Positions 9,404 to 20,676 of a stretch of DNA of 64,000 nt are shown in pieces (position 1 is the stretch's first letter; every line of letters begins with the position of its first letter). Source of the stretch: Bdellovibrionota bacterium (GTDB taxonomy: Bacteria > Bdellovibrionota_C > UBA2361 > OMII01); NCBI GenBank assembly GCA_044345405.1, contig JBIJBE010000014.1, positions 17,170 to 81,169 of the forward strand, given 5' to 3'. The notes beneath the pieces are model-generated. The model did not search any database and was not told the origin of the DNA. It saw only the letters and a program-made list of their open reading frames with translations. The position numbers were made by a program, and so were the translations under genes.

Positions 9404-10789
9404 CTACGCAGCCTTCGAAAGCCGGGCCTTAATAACCTCGATACGATCGATAACCGTAGTCTTGTAGTTCTCTAGGAGCTCCGGTGTGGTCGCCTCGAAA
9501 CGCATCACGAGCACAGGTTGTGTGTTCGACGCGCGCACGAGACCCCATCCATGCTCGAAGGTGACGCGAACGCCATCGATCGTGTCGACCTGGAACTCCT
9601 TGAAGGCGGATTGAGCCTCTTGGGCGATCTTGAACTTAATCTCCTCTGGGCAGTCTACTCGCATCTCAGGGGTCGATACCATCGGTGTGAGATCAGAGAG
9701 GAGGGACGAGAGTGCTCCCTTCTGGTGGCTCATAATCTCAACCAATCTATTTGAGGCATAGAGCGCGTCATCGAATCCGAAGAATCGGTGCTTAAAGAAG
9801 ATGTGACCGCTCATCTCTCCGGCGAGGTCGCCGTGTGTTTCAAGCAGCTTGCCCTTGATGAGGGAGTGGCCTGTCTTCCACATGATCGCATTCGCGCCCT
9901 TAGCCTTTAGGTCGGAGAACAGGGTGTTAGAGCACTTCACATCGCCGATGATCGTGGCCCCTGGCTTCTCTTGAAGGATTGCTCGTCCGTAGATGAGGAG
10001 GAGCATATCTCCGAATACCACATCACCCTTTTCGTCGACGACGCCGATACGATCCGCGTCACCATCCCAGCCGATTCCGAAGTCAGCTTTGTGCTCCTTC
10101 ACGGCTTGAATGAGGTCCTTAATGTTTTTGAGTTCTGTTGGATCTGGGTGGTGGTTTGGGAATCGGCCATCTGGATCGCAGAACAGCTCAATCACCTCAA
10201 CACCGAGTCCACGAAGAACCTCTGGGCCGATCATTCCACCAACACCGTTTCCAGCGTCAACAACAACTTTCAACTTGCGAGGCCCCATGTGCGCCTTCGA
10301 GTTCTCGATAAGGTAGCTGATGTACGAAGGTCGGATGTCGACCGTTGAGATCGTGCCACGCTTCGCGGCGGGTTGCTTGTTGAGTACCTTTTCGCAGCGG
10401 GTCTTGAGGTCTTGAATCTGGGCGCCCGAGAGTGTCTTCTTTCCAAGGAGTATCTTGAATCCGTTCATGCTCGGTGGATTGTGGCTTCCCGTCACCTGAA
10501 TGCCGCCGCCGAGGTCCTGTGAGAATACGGAGAAGTAGAGCTGCGGGGTCGGTCCCATGCCGGACATCACCACGTCGAGTCCCTCATCGGCCATGCCTTC
10601 GGCGAGCGCTTGAGCGTATCCCGGCGAGCTGAGTCGGCAATCGTACCCGATACCGATTCGGTTCATGTTGTTCTCGATAGCCAGCGTTGCATACGCGCGG
10701 CCAAGGACGCGAGCGAACTCGGGGGTCAGCTCAGTATCAACGGTTCCTCGGATGTCGTATTCGCGAAAGATGACAGGATTTATCTTCAT
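9404..10789 (-). CDS. Phosphomannomutase/phosphoglucomutase (AlgC-type)
   Basis: IFREYDIRG, phosphoserine loop TGSHNP, metal loop DGDADR, GEMSGH, RASNTQP. Confidence 0.95.
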   Translation of the reverse strand: MKINPVIFREYDIRGTVDTELTPEFARVLGRAYATLAIENNMNRIGIGYDCRLSSPGYAQALAEGMADEGLDVVMSGMGPTPQLYFSVFSQDLGGGIQVTGSHNPPSMNGFKILLGKKTLSGAQIQDLKTRCEKVLNKQPAAKRGTISTVDIRPSYISYLIENSKAHMGPRKLKVVVDAGNGVGGMIGPEVLRGLGVEVIELFCDPDGRFPNHHPDPTELKNIKDLIQAVKEHKADFGIGWDGDADRIGVVDEKGDVVFGDMLLLIYGRAILQEKPGATIIGDVKCSNTLFSDLKAKGANAIMWKTGHSLIKGKLLETHGDLAGEMSGHIFFKHRFFGFDDALYASNRLVEIMSHQKGALSSLLSDLTPMVSTPEMRVDCPEEIKFKIAQEAQSAFKEFQVDTIDGVRVTFEHGWGLVRASNTQPVLVMRFEATTPELLENYKTTVIDRIEVIKARLSKAA

Positions 10790-10822
10790 AGTGGGCCCCT
10801 TATACTACCCCCGGGCCAATAT

Positions 10823-11830
10823 TTAAAGCCTCTTGTCGACAGCGTGTTTCTTAAAGAGGTCGTTCTTGAAGAAGGCGTCGAGGCGCTCCTTGGTCTTCTG
10901 TTTTTGTAGAATCTGACGAACCTCATCCTTCAGTTTGTCTTCATCTACCTCAGCGGGGCTTTCGCCCTCGTTTCCAACGCGTTCCTCAACGAAAAAGAGC
11001 TGGATATCGCCTGGAGTCTCGAGGGGAGGGGTGTGCTCGCCAGCGCGAAGTGGGCTGACCGCCTCGGCGATCGCGGGGCTCAGGTCTTGGAGTGGGATGA
11101 CCCCGATCAGGCTTCCCTCTCCGGATGTCGCTGTGTCAGAGAGCCGTTTCGCCACCTCGGGAAAGCTCGCTCCCCCTTCGAGTGCGGTATTGACCTGCAT
11201 CAGGCGCGCCTTAACGTCTTCCATAGTCCGTCCCTCTTTGGAGATGACGAGGTGGTGAAGCTTGATATTCTGTCCGCCGTTTTTCAGCTCTGGGTGGTTC
11301 GCGATGTATTCCTCGATCTCGGAGTCGCTCACACTCGTTCCACCTCGAGCCATAGATGATCCGAGCTTCGCTTTGAGGATGTCTATCTTAATCTGTTGTT
11401 TGTAGGCGGAGACGCTCCGTCCCTCTTTTGCCAACGCTGCTTGGAATTCCCCTTCGGAGAGACCGTTACGTTGCATCACCTCTTGCATGTACTCCTGTAC
11501 CTCGGCGTCGGTGACGTTGACTCGCTTTGCTTTCGACTCCTCCTCAAGGAGCTTTTCTAGGATGATCTGATCGAGAACTCGACTCGCCTCGGGCTCCTTC
11601 CCGGCCTCCGCGAGCGTTAAGCGGCGGGGCGCGAGCCGGGCGTTAAGGTCGCTGAGGGTAATCGGTTTGTCGTCAACTGACCCGACGATGGCGTCGATGA
11701 CGAGTTCCTGTGGGGCGGCCTCGACCTTTTTTTCGGTCTTTTTAGATGGAGCGGCTACGCAGTCCGGGGTGGTAGCGAGGAGTAGTCCTAAGATGAGGGC
11801 GCGAGCGGCCAGGTTTTTCATACCGCGCAA
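10823..11830 (-). CDS. surA: SurA-family periplasmic chaperone/peptidyl-prolyl isomerase
   Basis: Signal peptide, IDAIVGSVDDKPITLSD SurA N-domain, parvulin-like FPEVAKRLSD; follows mfd. Start probably the ATG at 11821. Confidence 0.8.
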   Translation of the reverse strand: MRGMKNLAARALILGLLLATTPDCVAAPSKKTEKKVEAAPQELVIDAIVGSVDDKPITLSDLNARLAPRRLTLAEAGKEPEASRVLDQIILEKLLEEESKAKRVNVTDAEVQEYMQEVMQRNGLSEGEFQAALAKEGRSVSAYKQQIKIDILKAKLGSSMARGGTSVSDSEIEEYIANHPELKNGGQNIKLHHLVISKEGRTMEDVKARLMQVNTALEGGASFPEVAKRLSDTATSGEGSLIGVIPLQDLSPAIAEAVSPLRAGEHTPPLETPGDIQLFFVEERVGNEGESPAEVDEDKLKDEVRQILQKQKTKERLDAFFKNDLFKKHAVDKRL

Positions 11831-11859
11831 TCTTATGCGGTCACCTGGAGACCCGCAAG

Positions 11860-14800
11860 TCAGGGTTGGGCGAAGGCGATTAAGGTGAGGGCTTGTTGGG
11901 TGCGACGGTAGAGATCTGGGAGGGTTATCTCGGCGTCTTTCTCAAATACTATCGTAAAGGTGTTACTCCGTCCGAAGCGGTAGAGATGAGGGTTCTTTTG
12001 CACTAATCCGAGCGCCTTCAGTCCATCAACCCGTGTGTTCGGTCCGGGGCGGTAGCCATCGCGGAGGAGCGCCAAGGGGCTAAAGGTAAGGGACGCCTTA
12101 ACGGGTGTGACCTCCGCCTTGACCACTCCAAAGGAGCGCAAGAGTCCTCGGTACCTCATCAGGATCATGAGGTTGTCCACCTCGATGGAGCACGGTCCGA
12201 ACCGATCCTCCATCTCCCGTTGTAGGTCGAACGCCTCATCCTCAGAGCGAATGTTGGAGAGCCGTTGGTAGAGCACGAGTCGTTCGCCGATGTCAGGAAC
12301 GTAGGTGTCCGGGATGAAGGCGTCGACGCCAACGATCCGTACGTCCGGATCGACGATATCCTCAAGGAGTGGCTCATCACCTTTGAGATCGCTCACTGCT
12401 TCTTGCAGGATACGACAGTACATATCGAACCCAACCGAGAGTACGTTTCCGGATTGCTCTTTGCCGAGGAGGTTCCCAGCTCCCCGAATCTCAAGATCTC
12501 GGATCGCTAAATTGAAGCCCACGCCGAGCGAGTCGAGCGATTGAAGAACCTTCAAACGCTCGTGAGCCTCTCCGGTGAGCGACCGCATGTGTGGCACGAG
12601 GAAGTAGGCGTACGCTTGTCGTTTGCTGCGTCCTACGCGACCGCGGAGCTGATAGAGCTGCGCGAGCCCGAAATGATCCGCTTTATCGATAATGATCGTG
12701 TTCGCGTTCGGAACGTCCAAGCCTGATTCGATGATCGTGGTGGACACCAGAACATCGAGCTCACGGTCAACGAATCGCTTCATGATCCGTTCAAGGGTCG
12801 TCTCGCTCATCTGTCCGTGCGCGAAGTCGAAGCGAGCCTCTGGAACGAGCTCCGCTAGTTTCGCGGTCGCGAGGGCGATATTCTGCACGCGATTGTGGAG
12901 GAAGAATACCTGTCCTCCTCGACGAAGCTCTCGAAGAATGGCGTCTCGAATGAGGGCGTCGTCACGCTCCGCGATGTAGGTGTGAACCACTTTTCTATCG
13001 ACGGGGGCAGTGTGAATGAGGCTGATATCCCGAATTCCGAGAAGGGACATATGGAGCGTTCGCGGGATTGGGGTGGCGGTAAGGGTAAGGACGTCCACAT
13101 TGCTTCGGTACGAGCGGAGTCGCTCCTTTTGCTTAACCCCAAATCGGTGTTCCTCATCGATGATGAGGAGGCCGAGATCTTTGAACTGCACATCGGGTTG
13201 CAGGAGCTTGTGAGTGCCGATGATGATATCCACTTCGCCGTGCGCCAGCGCGTCGAGGGTCTTTTGGTTCTCCTCTGGGGGGTAGAATCGGCTTACGGCG
13301 GCGACCTTAACGGGGTATCCCTTAAATCGTTCAGCGAAGTTCTTTTTGTGTTGCTCGACAAGGATCGTTGTCGGTACGAGCACCGCGACCTGTCTCGCGT
13401 GTTGGGTCGCTTTGAAGGCGGCGCGGATCGCGACCTCGGTCTTACCGAACCCCACATCGCCGCACACCATGCGGTCCATCGGCTTATCGCTCGAGAGATC
13501 GGTGAGCGCTTCTTGGATAGCTTTTCGTTGATCGGGGGTTTCATCATACGGGAAGGTGTCGGCGAACCGTTCATCCTCGGCCCCCTCTGGCTCGTAGCGC
13601 CATCCCTTCACCACAGTACGGGTGGCGTAGAGGCGGATGAGGTCACCCGCGAGGGTAACGATAGAATCACGAATCTTCTGCTTCGTGTTCACCCATCGGG
13701 TAGATCCGAGCTTATCGATTCGTGGTGATTGTCCCTCGGCGGCGACGAACTTTTGAATCTTTCCGATCTGGTGCGCGGGGAGGTAAAGCCGACTGTCGGC
13801 GTACTCGATCTGAAGGAAGTCGCCGAGCACCCCTTCAACGGTGAGGTGTTTCAGCCCTTGATATAGCCCCACGCCGTAATCGAAGTGAACGATGTGATCG
13901 CCCTCCTTCAAGAGTGAGAGGGAGCTTAAGAGCCGCTTCGCGCTGATACGGGGAGCCGATCCCGATCGATACGATCGCTCTCCGAAGATCTCATTCTCTG
14001 AGATGAAGATGATCTTCTCATCGAGGAGTCGAAATCCCGCGTGAAGGTGACCAACGAGGATGGCGACCGGTGGTCGCCGGGTCGTAACCCACCCCATCGC
14101 GGTGGTCTCGACGATCGGGGCGTCGGTGTTGATGTCGAGTAAGATAGTGTGCAGCCGCTGCGCGCGGGATCGTGAGCCCACACTAAACGCGATCGAAAAT
14201 TTCTTGCGGCGCCACGTGTCGAGGAACTCTTTGAGCGGTTGGAAGGCGTTTCCACTTCCGACCGCCGTTTTCATCTGGGTCGCGAGGTCAAGAAGGCTCT
14301 CGGTCTTGAGGTTTTCGTGTGAGTCGTGTGTGGCGGAGTCGTCGATGCCGCCGACATCGCACGTTGTGACCTCGGCGACCTCGCGCCATGTCGTATCGAA
14401 ATCAAAGAAGACCTCATCGACCTTCGGGATAAGATGCTGTTCATCGATCAGTCGAACCGAGCGATCGTGCGCGTTCTCAAGGAACTCCTCAAGCGATCGT
14501 TGAATCTTATGCGAGTCTAGAGCGAATACCTTGGTGTCCTTGGGCAGGAGTCGGGTGAGGCTGGTGACGCTTGGGGCGAAGATGTACTGCAGAAGCTCGA
14601 GACTTGGATACTCGGCGCGTTGGTCGAGCGCTTGGAGCACCTTTTCAACCTCGCGGAGTGGGGTGCCGATCGCCATCGCTCGCTCTTTAAGGGTCGTGGT
14701 GATTCGCTCTTTGGCATTAGCGTACCAGGAAGGTAGTGGGAACTCCTTAACGGGAAGGATTGAGACCGAAGAGAGGTCTCCCAGAGATCGTTGTGATTCT

Positions 14801-15390
14801 GGATCGAAGGTAACGAGTCGAACGACCTTGTTAAACTCGAACTCGATACGAACTGGGTGAGGGGTGTTGCCCGGGAAGAGGTCGATAACCGCGCCTTTGA
14901 TGGCGAGATCTCCTACCTGTGTGACGCTCTTCGTTGTGTTGAAGCCGCCATCCACGAGGGTTGCGACGAAGGGATCTCGATTGATGAGGCTCCCAACGTG
15001 GATGTCGACCTTCAGTTGATCAAGATAATCGGGTGGGATGATCTTTTGAACGAGCGCCTCGGCTGATGTGACCACAGTAAAGGAGGGTGCATGGGTTATT
15101 TCGTAAAGGGTTTGGATCCGTTGGGCTGAGATCTCAATGCCGGGAGAGACGGGCTCAAGGGGAAGCGTCTCCCACGAGGGAAAAACTGAGACGCCAGCGG
15201 TTCCCTGAAAGAAGCGCAGGTCCTCCAGGACATCTTCGACCTCCTTCCGATCCGCGCAGATGATGAGCGCTTTAGGGTGATTCCGCACTTCTCGCGCAAG
15301 GAACCACCCTGCGGCGGAGCCGTGTAGTCCTAGAATCTTCCGAGCATGTGTGAGTGAGGTGGGGGTCATACCGTAGGCCGAGCTCGTCAT
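11860..15390 (-). CDS. mfd: Transcription-repair coupling factor
   Basis: UvrB-homology N-terminus, RID ([14 protein letters not shown]), [39 protein letters not shown] motif [12 protein letters not shown]. Confidence 0.98.
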   Translation of the reverse strand: MTSSAYGMTPTSLTHARKILGLHGSAAGWFLAREVRNHPKALIICADRKEVEDVLEDLRFFQGTAGVSVFPSWETLPLEPVSPGIEISAQRIQTLYEITHAPSFTVVTSAEALVQKIIPPDYLDQLKVDIHVGSLINRDPFVATLVDGGFNTTKSVTQVGDLAIKGAVIDLFPGNTPHPVRIEFEFNKVVRLVTFDPESQRSLGDLSSVSILPVKEFPLPSWYANAKERITTTLKERAMAIGTPLREVEKVLQALDQRAEYPSLELLQYIFAPSVTSLTRLLPKDTKVFALDSHKIQRSLEEFLENAHDRSVRLIDEQHLIPKVDEVFFDFDTTWREVAEVTTCDVGGIDDSATHDSHENLKTESLLDLATQMKTAVGSGNAFQPLKEFLDTWRRKKFSIAFSVGSRSRAQRLHTILLDINTDAPIVETTAMGWVTTRRPPVAILVGHLHAGFRLLDEKIIFISENEIFGERSYRSGSAPRISAKRLLSSLSLLKEGDHIVHFDYGVGLYQGLKHLTVEGVLGDFLQIEYADSRLYLPAHQIGKIQKFVAAEGQSPRIDKLGSTRWVNTKQKIRDSIVTLAGDLIRLYATRTVVKGWRYEPEGAEDERFADTFPYDETPDQRKAIQEALTDLSSDKPMDRMVCGDVGFGKTEVAIRAAFKATQHARQVAVLVPTTILVEQHKKNFAERFKGYPVKVAAVSRFYPPEENQKTLDALAHGEVDIIIGTHKLLQPDVQFKDLGLLIIDEEHRFGVKQKERLRSYRSNVDVLTLTATPIPRTLHMSLLGIRDISLIHTAPVDRKVVHTYIAERDDALIRDAILRELRRGGQVFFLHNRVQNIALATAKLAELVPEARFDFAHGQMSETTLERIMKRFVDRELDVLVSTTIIESGLDVPNANTIIIDKADHFGLAQLYQLRGRVGRSKRQAYAYFLVPHMRSLTGEAHERLKVLQSLDSLGVGFNLAIRDLEIRGAGNLLGKEQSGNVLSVGFDMYCRILQEAVSDLKGDEPLLEDIVDPDVRIVGVDAFIPDTYVPDIGERLVLYQRLSNIRSEDEAFDLQREMEDRFGPCSIEVDNLMILMRYRGLLRSFGVVKAEVTPVKASLTFSPLALLRDGYRPGPNTRVDGLKALGLVQKNPHLYRFGRSNTFTIVFEKDAEITLPDLYRRTQQALTLIAFAQP

Positions 15391-16125
15391 CCCGCGCCAA
15401 GGAGGTGTTCCTGAGGAGGAGGTCGAAAGGTCATAATACGACTGACCATGGTAGGCGTAAAGGGAGCTCGCTTGGATCGTGGCTTATAGTACCCGGTAGT
15501 GAAAAGGTATCCCCGATAAGATGTTGTGTCGGATGACTCTGATGCCGGCGTTCGCGCCTTGAGACGTTCGTTTACTATCACGTTCCCCAAGGTTGTCATG
15601 CTCGTCGAGCGACAGCTTCGAATTGGGCGTGCTCTGGAGCGAATCTCAATTGATGCTACATCGCACTGTCAGTAAGAGAGCTATTGATGAAAATAAGCCG
15701 AAAACAGATGAAGATCTTCTGATGTCGAGCGTCCTTTCATACCTTTTCTTTCCTCGGAGGCGTCTCACACGCGTCAGTATTCAGGTCTTCTCGCGCAAAC
15801 ACTCGGCGCCGTGCTGAGTCTTCACTACGCGCGACTTGGGAGTCGCTATTTTGTTGTTTTCTGGGATAAGCGGCTTTGTGGGTGCTATTGCGTTAAGGGG
15901 GCGTTGTACCCAGGCGCTACCTGTTCTTTCTAGTTTGATAACGAACCGGTTTGAGGGGTAGGTTACTGAAGGGTGGTCGTCAAGGATGGTCGGCGTGAGT
16001 AAGGTAAGGCGTTGTGATAGCCTCTAGGGGCTATCCCTCAGTTCGGGCTACGGTCGCCCGTTTAGGTTCGCGAAGCTCCCCGAATCCCAGGCTGGACCTC
16101 GCGACAGTGTAGCTATAGGTGATGT

Positions 16126-16755
16126 ATGACCTTGTCCCGTGACCACGGAATGCCACGACTCGAGGGTGTCTCATTCCCGACAAGTGGGTGCAGAGAGACG
16201 CATCAGTTTGAGCGTCGCATCGAGGCGATGGAGGCGCGCATGCGAGAAGCTGGGCTTCCTAATGACCACTTTCCGTTCATCTCAGCTTGGTGCATGGCGC
16301 GCCCTGAATGGAATACGCTCAAAGAGAATTATAATCTGTATGACGCGGTGTGCGTTCTTAAGGGCCTTCGTCCGGTGGCTCTCCTCCCAACCGTAGATCT
16401 TGACCGCAAGGATCGGTTTAATGCCTATCTTCTGCGCTCACTAGAGGCAGGTGGTATCGTAGTGCGCAAGAGCCCTTACGCGGCGGACCTAATTGTTGGC
16501 GCTCAAGATCGAGTTGAAGCGGTTGAGGGGGTATTTCGGAAGTACTCCGAAGAAGGACGATTCTCCGACCTGTATCACCGAGAGCTCGGACGGGCTCTCG
16601 GATACTCAGACAAAGCGATCGAGCGTTTCCTGACTGCGCTTTCGAGGGGACAGTCTCCCAGTGTGGTGAGTATTATTGAATCGGCTCTTCCCGCGGATGA
16701 TGACTCCTATCTTCGTGTGAGCCTTCCGAATGGCCAGGTCGTGGCGGTCTGTTAG
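16126..16755 (+). CDS. Hypothetical protein
   Basis: 209 aa ORF; contains VLKGLRPVAL and HRELGRALGYS...IERF, resembling uncharacterised G-x-x-LGY domain families. Confidence 0.7.
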   Translation: MTLSRDHGMPRLEGVSFPTSGCRETHQFERRIEAMEARMREAGLPNDHFPFISAWCMARPEWNTLKENYNLYDAVCVLKGLRPVALLPTVDLDRKDRFNAYLLRSLEAGGIVVRKSPYAADLIVGAQDRVEAVEGVFRKYSEEGRFSDLYHRELGRALGYSDKAIERFLTALSRGQSPSVVSIIESALPADDDSYLRVSLPNGQVVAVC

Positions 16756-16838
16756 AGCGGCAGGGCTTTTCCTCTCCCCCGTAGCAACAATGTGGCGCTT
16801 CCTTCGATTGTGCTCCATGCATTCGAGAGGAGACAGGT

Positions 16839-17828
16839 ATGACTATCGAGGAGTTGATTCAACGAGCTGTTCCGCCAGAGGCCTCAGACCTTCACCTGGT
16901 GGAGGGATATGTCCCTAGAGCGCGACTGCATGGGGCGCTCAGAGAGCTCCAAGGGCCGTCCATTTCGGAGGAACGCTTCACAGCGCTTCTCTATACACTT
17001 CTCGCCGATGATCTCCGTGAGGCGTTCACTCGAGGACTCGATGTCGATACCGCTCGTTCATTGGCGGGGGAGCGGTGGAGAATCCACGGGTATACCCAAC
17101 GAGCGGGACGAGCTCTCTCGCTCCGTCGAATTCCCAATCTCATCCCTGATCTTGCCGGTCTAGGTCTCCCAGAGGGCGTTCATCGATGGGGGGCACTTCG
17201 AAGTGGGCTGGTGCTCATCACCGGTCCTACCGGCTCGGGCAAATCAACAACGGCAGCCGCTCTTCTTGATCTCATAAATGGGCGTGACGCCAGGCACGTC
17301 GTGACGATAGAGAATCCTATCGAGTTTCTTCACAACAATCGATCGTGTCTTGTCTCTCAGCGTGAGGTAGGTGCTCATGTCGGCTCGTTTACCGATGCTC
17401 TTCGTTCAGCGCTTCGAGAGGATCCGGACATTATCTTTGTTGGGGAGATGAGAGATCTGGAGACGATACGACTGGCGTTGCAGGCCGCTGAGACCGGGCA
17501 TCTTGTGATCTCGACCTTACACACCTCAAGCGCCGCGAAAACAGTGGCAAGGGTCGTTGATGTTTTTCCGGCGGAACAGCAACCGCAGATTCGAGCGATC
17601 CTCGCGGATACCCTTGAGGGGATCGTCGCCCAGGAGCTCGTTGTCAATCGGCAGGGTGAGCGTTCCCTCGTCGCGGAGGTTTTGCTCGCCACCCCAGCGG
17701 TGCGTTCCCTCATTCGTGACGGTAAAACGCATCACCTCGAGCATGTGATACAAACCTCGGCTTCGGTTGGTATGCGTTCTCGGGAGGCCAGTCTTCGCGG
17801 TCTCCGGGAGCGGGGGCTCCTCGAATAA
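16839..17828 (+). CDS. pilT: Type IV pilus retraction ATPase, PilT/PilU family
   Basis: ASDLHL, GPTGSGKST, TIENPIE (Asp box variant), ALREDPDIIFVGEMRD, TGHLVISTLHT, AVRSLIRD. Confidence 0.92.
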   Translation: MTIEELIQRAVPPEASDLHLVEGYVPRARLHGALRELQGPSISEERFTALLYTLLADDLREAFTRGLDVDTARSLAGERWRIHGYTQRAGRALSLRRIPNLIPDLAGLGLPEGVHRWGALRSGLVLITGPTGSGKSTTAAALLDLINGRDARHVVTIENPIEFLHNNRSCLVSQREVGAHVGSFTDALRSALREDPDIIFVGEMRDLETIRLALQAAETGHLVISTLHTSSAAKTVARVVDVFPAEQQPQIRAILADTLEGIVAQELVVNRQGERSLVAEVLLATPAVRSLIRDGKTHHLEHVIQTSASVGMRSREASLRGLRERGLLE

Positions 17829-19007
17829 ATGGCCTGTCAGTTCGGACTAAAACGTTCTCTCCTATTGCGGTGTGGGGGGCGCTTAGGTTACCACCCGAGC
17901 ATGAGCATAGAGCGACGCCCACTATTCCCCTTTACTGTTCTGATACTACTCCTTGTCCGTTGCGTGCCGTTTGCGCATGGTGAAATACCGACCGCTCCGA
18001 CTATCACAGTCGGTGTTATTCTCCCGCTCACGGGGTCGGCCGCGAACTTTGGTGGCATCGCCCAGAGGGGGATTGAGCTCGCGCTTGAGGGCCTCTCTCC
18101 TGAGGACCGCGCGAGGACTCACGTTATCTACGAGGATGATGGGCTGGTGAACTCACGCTCGGTAACCGCGGCCCGAAAGCTCCTCTCCGTCGACAAGGTG
18201 GATGCGTTGATTACCTGGTCCTCGGGGACAGCTCTAACCGTGGCAAGCATCCTTGAGGCGTCTCGTGTACCTCAAATCGCGATAGCGTCGGATCCTGCCG
18301 TCGTGCGGGGAAAAAAATTCTCTTTCACCTACTGGCCTCTGCCAGAAGATGAGGCGCGAACGGTGTCTGAATACCTAGTAAGGTTCGGCAAGAAGCGCGT
18401 AGCCATCATCACTCTCACGCACAACGGCGCGCTTGCCATCAGGGACGCGTTCACGAGGTTGTTCGTGGAAGAGGGCGGGGGAACGGTCGCGGCGAATGAG
18501 GAGGTATCGGGTGATGTTGTTGATTTTCGAGCGGTGATGAGTCGAATTAAAGCTAAAGGGCCAATCGACGCGTTTGTTCCGATTCTTTTCCCAGGGCAAC
18601 TCGCCGTTAGTATCAAGCAGGCGCGTGAGTCTGGAATCACAGCTTCGCTCGTTGGGTTCGAAACGTTCGAAGATCGGGATGAGTTCCACGCAAGTGGTGG
18701 CTTGATGGTTGGAGCGGTCTATGGGACCGGGGCGGATCCTGACGCTACGTTTGTCGAAAGATATCGGAACAAATATCCCGCCACATCATATTACACCGCG
18801 AATCAAACGTACGATGCTCTTAACCTTTTGGTTGCGGCTACTCGACATGCCAAGGATGGTCCGACGATCGCTGAGTTCCTTCGAACAAGAAAGGACTATC
18901 CCACCGCCTCCGGCTTGGCTAGCTCGACTGGGGATAACCGCTTTCGTTTACCCACAGCGCTCAAGCGGTTGGATGCGGCTGGTACACCGGAAGTTGTTCG
19001 TGAATGA
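17829..19007 (+). CDS. ABC transporter substrate-binding protein (branched-chain amino acid/LivJ-like fold), orphan
   Basis: Signal peptide then ITVGVILPLTGSAANFG, VIYEDD, AARKLLSVDKVD, YDALNLL; likely start ATG at 17901. Confidence 0.85.
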   Translation: MACQFGLKRSLLLRCGGRLGYHPSMSIERRPLFPFTVLILLLVRCVPFAHGEIPTAPTITVGVILPLTGSAANFGGIAQRGIELALEGLSPEDRARTHVIYEDDGLVNSRSVTAARKLLSVDKVDALITWSSGTALTVASILEASRVPQIAIASDPAVVRGKKFSFTYWPLPEDEARTVSEYLVRFGKKRVAIITLTHNGALAIRDAFTRLFVEEGGGTVAANEEVSGDVVDFRAVMSRIKAKGPIDAFVPILFPGQLAVSIKQARESGITASLVGFETFEDRDEFHASGGLMVGAVYGTGADPDATFVERYRNKYPATSYYTANQTYDALNLLVAATRHAKDGPTIAEFLRTRKDYPTASGLASSTGDNRFRLPTALKRLDAAGTPEVVRE

Positions 19008-19072
19008 TTGCACGACTCTGGATGACAGATTCTGACACCTGGACGTAAGATTGTGTTGCCCCTAATTCCTCG

Positions 19073-20548
19073 GTGTCTATACTACCGCAGCCTATCCCAG
19101 ACTTGGTTCAAAACATGGAGTTTGCTCCGCAGCCTGTTCGAGTTCCATCCAAGGTCCATTCGGAGGGAGTCCCTTCCCTGCTGGAGGGGACCTTGCCCCG
19201 ACCTCCTTCACCTGAGGCCCTTGAGCGTCATGGTGTTATCGCTCCCGATGGCTCGCTGTGCGTTGGGCTCTTCAAGTTGCCTGTGGAGATGATGAGCTCC
19301 CGGTTGCGTGATACGGCGAGACTTACGGATCGAATTCCAAAAGCGTTCCCAACCGTTCATCAACTGCAGCGAGTTCTCATCGATAGCAACATCCGCATTC
19401 CTCCCGCAGCTTTAGATTTCCCGGCCGCGTTCGCGACCTTCAAGAGGGCTATGGATGGAGACCTTCGAGGAGTTCATTTCACCGATACCGCGCGAACCCT
19501 AGATCGTCTCGCTGTCGGTCAGTCGGTCTCGCCTACTGAGATCTCAGCGCTGAGAAGCACGCTCCTGGAGGCGGCGCACATCGCGACGGTGTGCGTCGGT
19601 ATCGACGCAACCCATTTTGAGGCGCTCAATTACCGCTCTCGACTTCAACGCGGGAAGGATTGGTTGGTTGACAAGGTTGGCGCGACGAAGGTTGGGGATC
19701 CGCGAATTCACGCTCGACTGACCTCAATGCTGTTTGAGGACCTCAGTCCGATGGAGATCCGGGTTGATACGGATGTATGGGCGCAGAGGCTTTCGTTATC
19801 GTCCGATGGCTCCACGCTCGTTCGTACCCTCTGCGCCGCGGAGCATAACGTAGCGGACGTGCTCTCCAGCGGCTCTTTTGAGCGAGTCGTTCGTTCGAGT
19901 GCGGGAGATTTGAAAGGGAATTTTGTTCTATCGTCCAGTGATGCGAGCGCCCCCGTCTTTGCCGTGGAGCACACAATTAGAGACGTGTTCGCCGCCCTTC
20001 AGTTGGGCCAGTCCGCCTCCCGACTGCTCACCGAACTCGATGGTCGCAAGGTAGACTTGGTGCGGTTGTGTCGATTCGTCGATCGGGAAACCGCCTTGGG
20101 AGTTCGAAGCAATGTAAACCGCTTGTCTCCGCAGGCGCACGCGCGTCTGGGAGATGTCGATGCGTGGGCTGAGCGATTTGATAGCCCGGGTGTGCATGTG
20201 TTTTCCGATGAGGAGCGCCACGAGCTTGCCATTCTCCTCCTCGACGCCGAGTTGTGTCTGAATGCCGTTGGACATCTGCAAAATGTCGTAGTGGCAGAGG
20301 AGCGCCGCTCATTCTGGCGCGGCTTATGGCCGGCGTCCGTGCGGGACAGAGAGGTTTCGTGTGCTCTTGAGCTTGTGAATACGCTGCCCGCTCCACTCTC
20401 GAACGACTGCCAAGGGGCCGCTACGGTAGTAACGAACGCGGCGATGCTCCTTGGATTCTCTGGCGAAGATAGGGGAAAGGGGGCCGGTTGGCGGGTTCCG
20501 GAAAACCCCTTAGCGTCGCTCACATGGGCGTTGAATCGCGCCGTATGA
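19073..20548 (+). CDS. Hypothetical protein
   Basis: 491 aa ORF with no recognisable motif; start may be the ATG at about 19115, since a TTGCCC-16-TATACT promoter-like sequence overlaps the annotated start. Confidence 0.7.
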   Translation: MSILPQPIPDLVQNMEFAPQPVRVPSKVHSEGVPSLLEGTLPRPPSPEALERHGVIAPDGSLCVGLFKLPVEMMSSRLRDTARLTDRIPKAFPTVHQLQRVLIDSNIRIPPAALDFPAAFATFKRAMDGDLRGVHFTDTARTLDRLAVGQSVSPTEISALRSTLLEAAHIATVCVGIDATHFEALNYRSRLQRGKDWLVDKVGATKVGDPRIHARLTSMLFEDLSPMEIRVDTDVWAQRLSLSSDGSTLVRTLCAAEHNVADVLSSGSFERVVRSSAGDLKGNFVLSSSDASAPVFAVEHTIRDVFAALQLGQSASRLLTELDGRKVDLVRLCRFVDRETALGVRSNVNRLSPQAHARLGDVDAWAERFDSPGVHVFSDEERHELAILLLDAELCLNAVGHLQNVVVAEERRSFWRGLWPASVRDREVSCALELVNTLPAPLSNDCQGAATVVTNAAMLLGFSGEDRGKGAGWRVPENPLASLTWALNRAV

Positions 20549-20676
20549 ACGGTGCAAGGTATCGGACAGGTCTCCGTAGTACGAATAAATAGCAGTTCTT
20601 TCCGAGAGTCTTCCACTTCTTAGGTCGTGGTGAGATCGGGTATACTAGTTGTAGTGGGAATCGCGGAGGAGTGGCT

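Noticed and set aside
12895-13728. 277 aa plus-strand ORF
   Set aside because: Antisense shadow of mfd.
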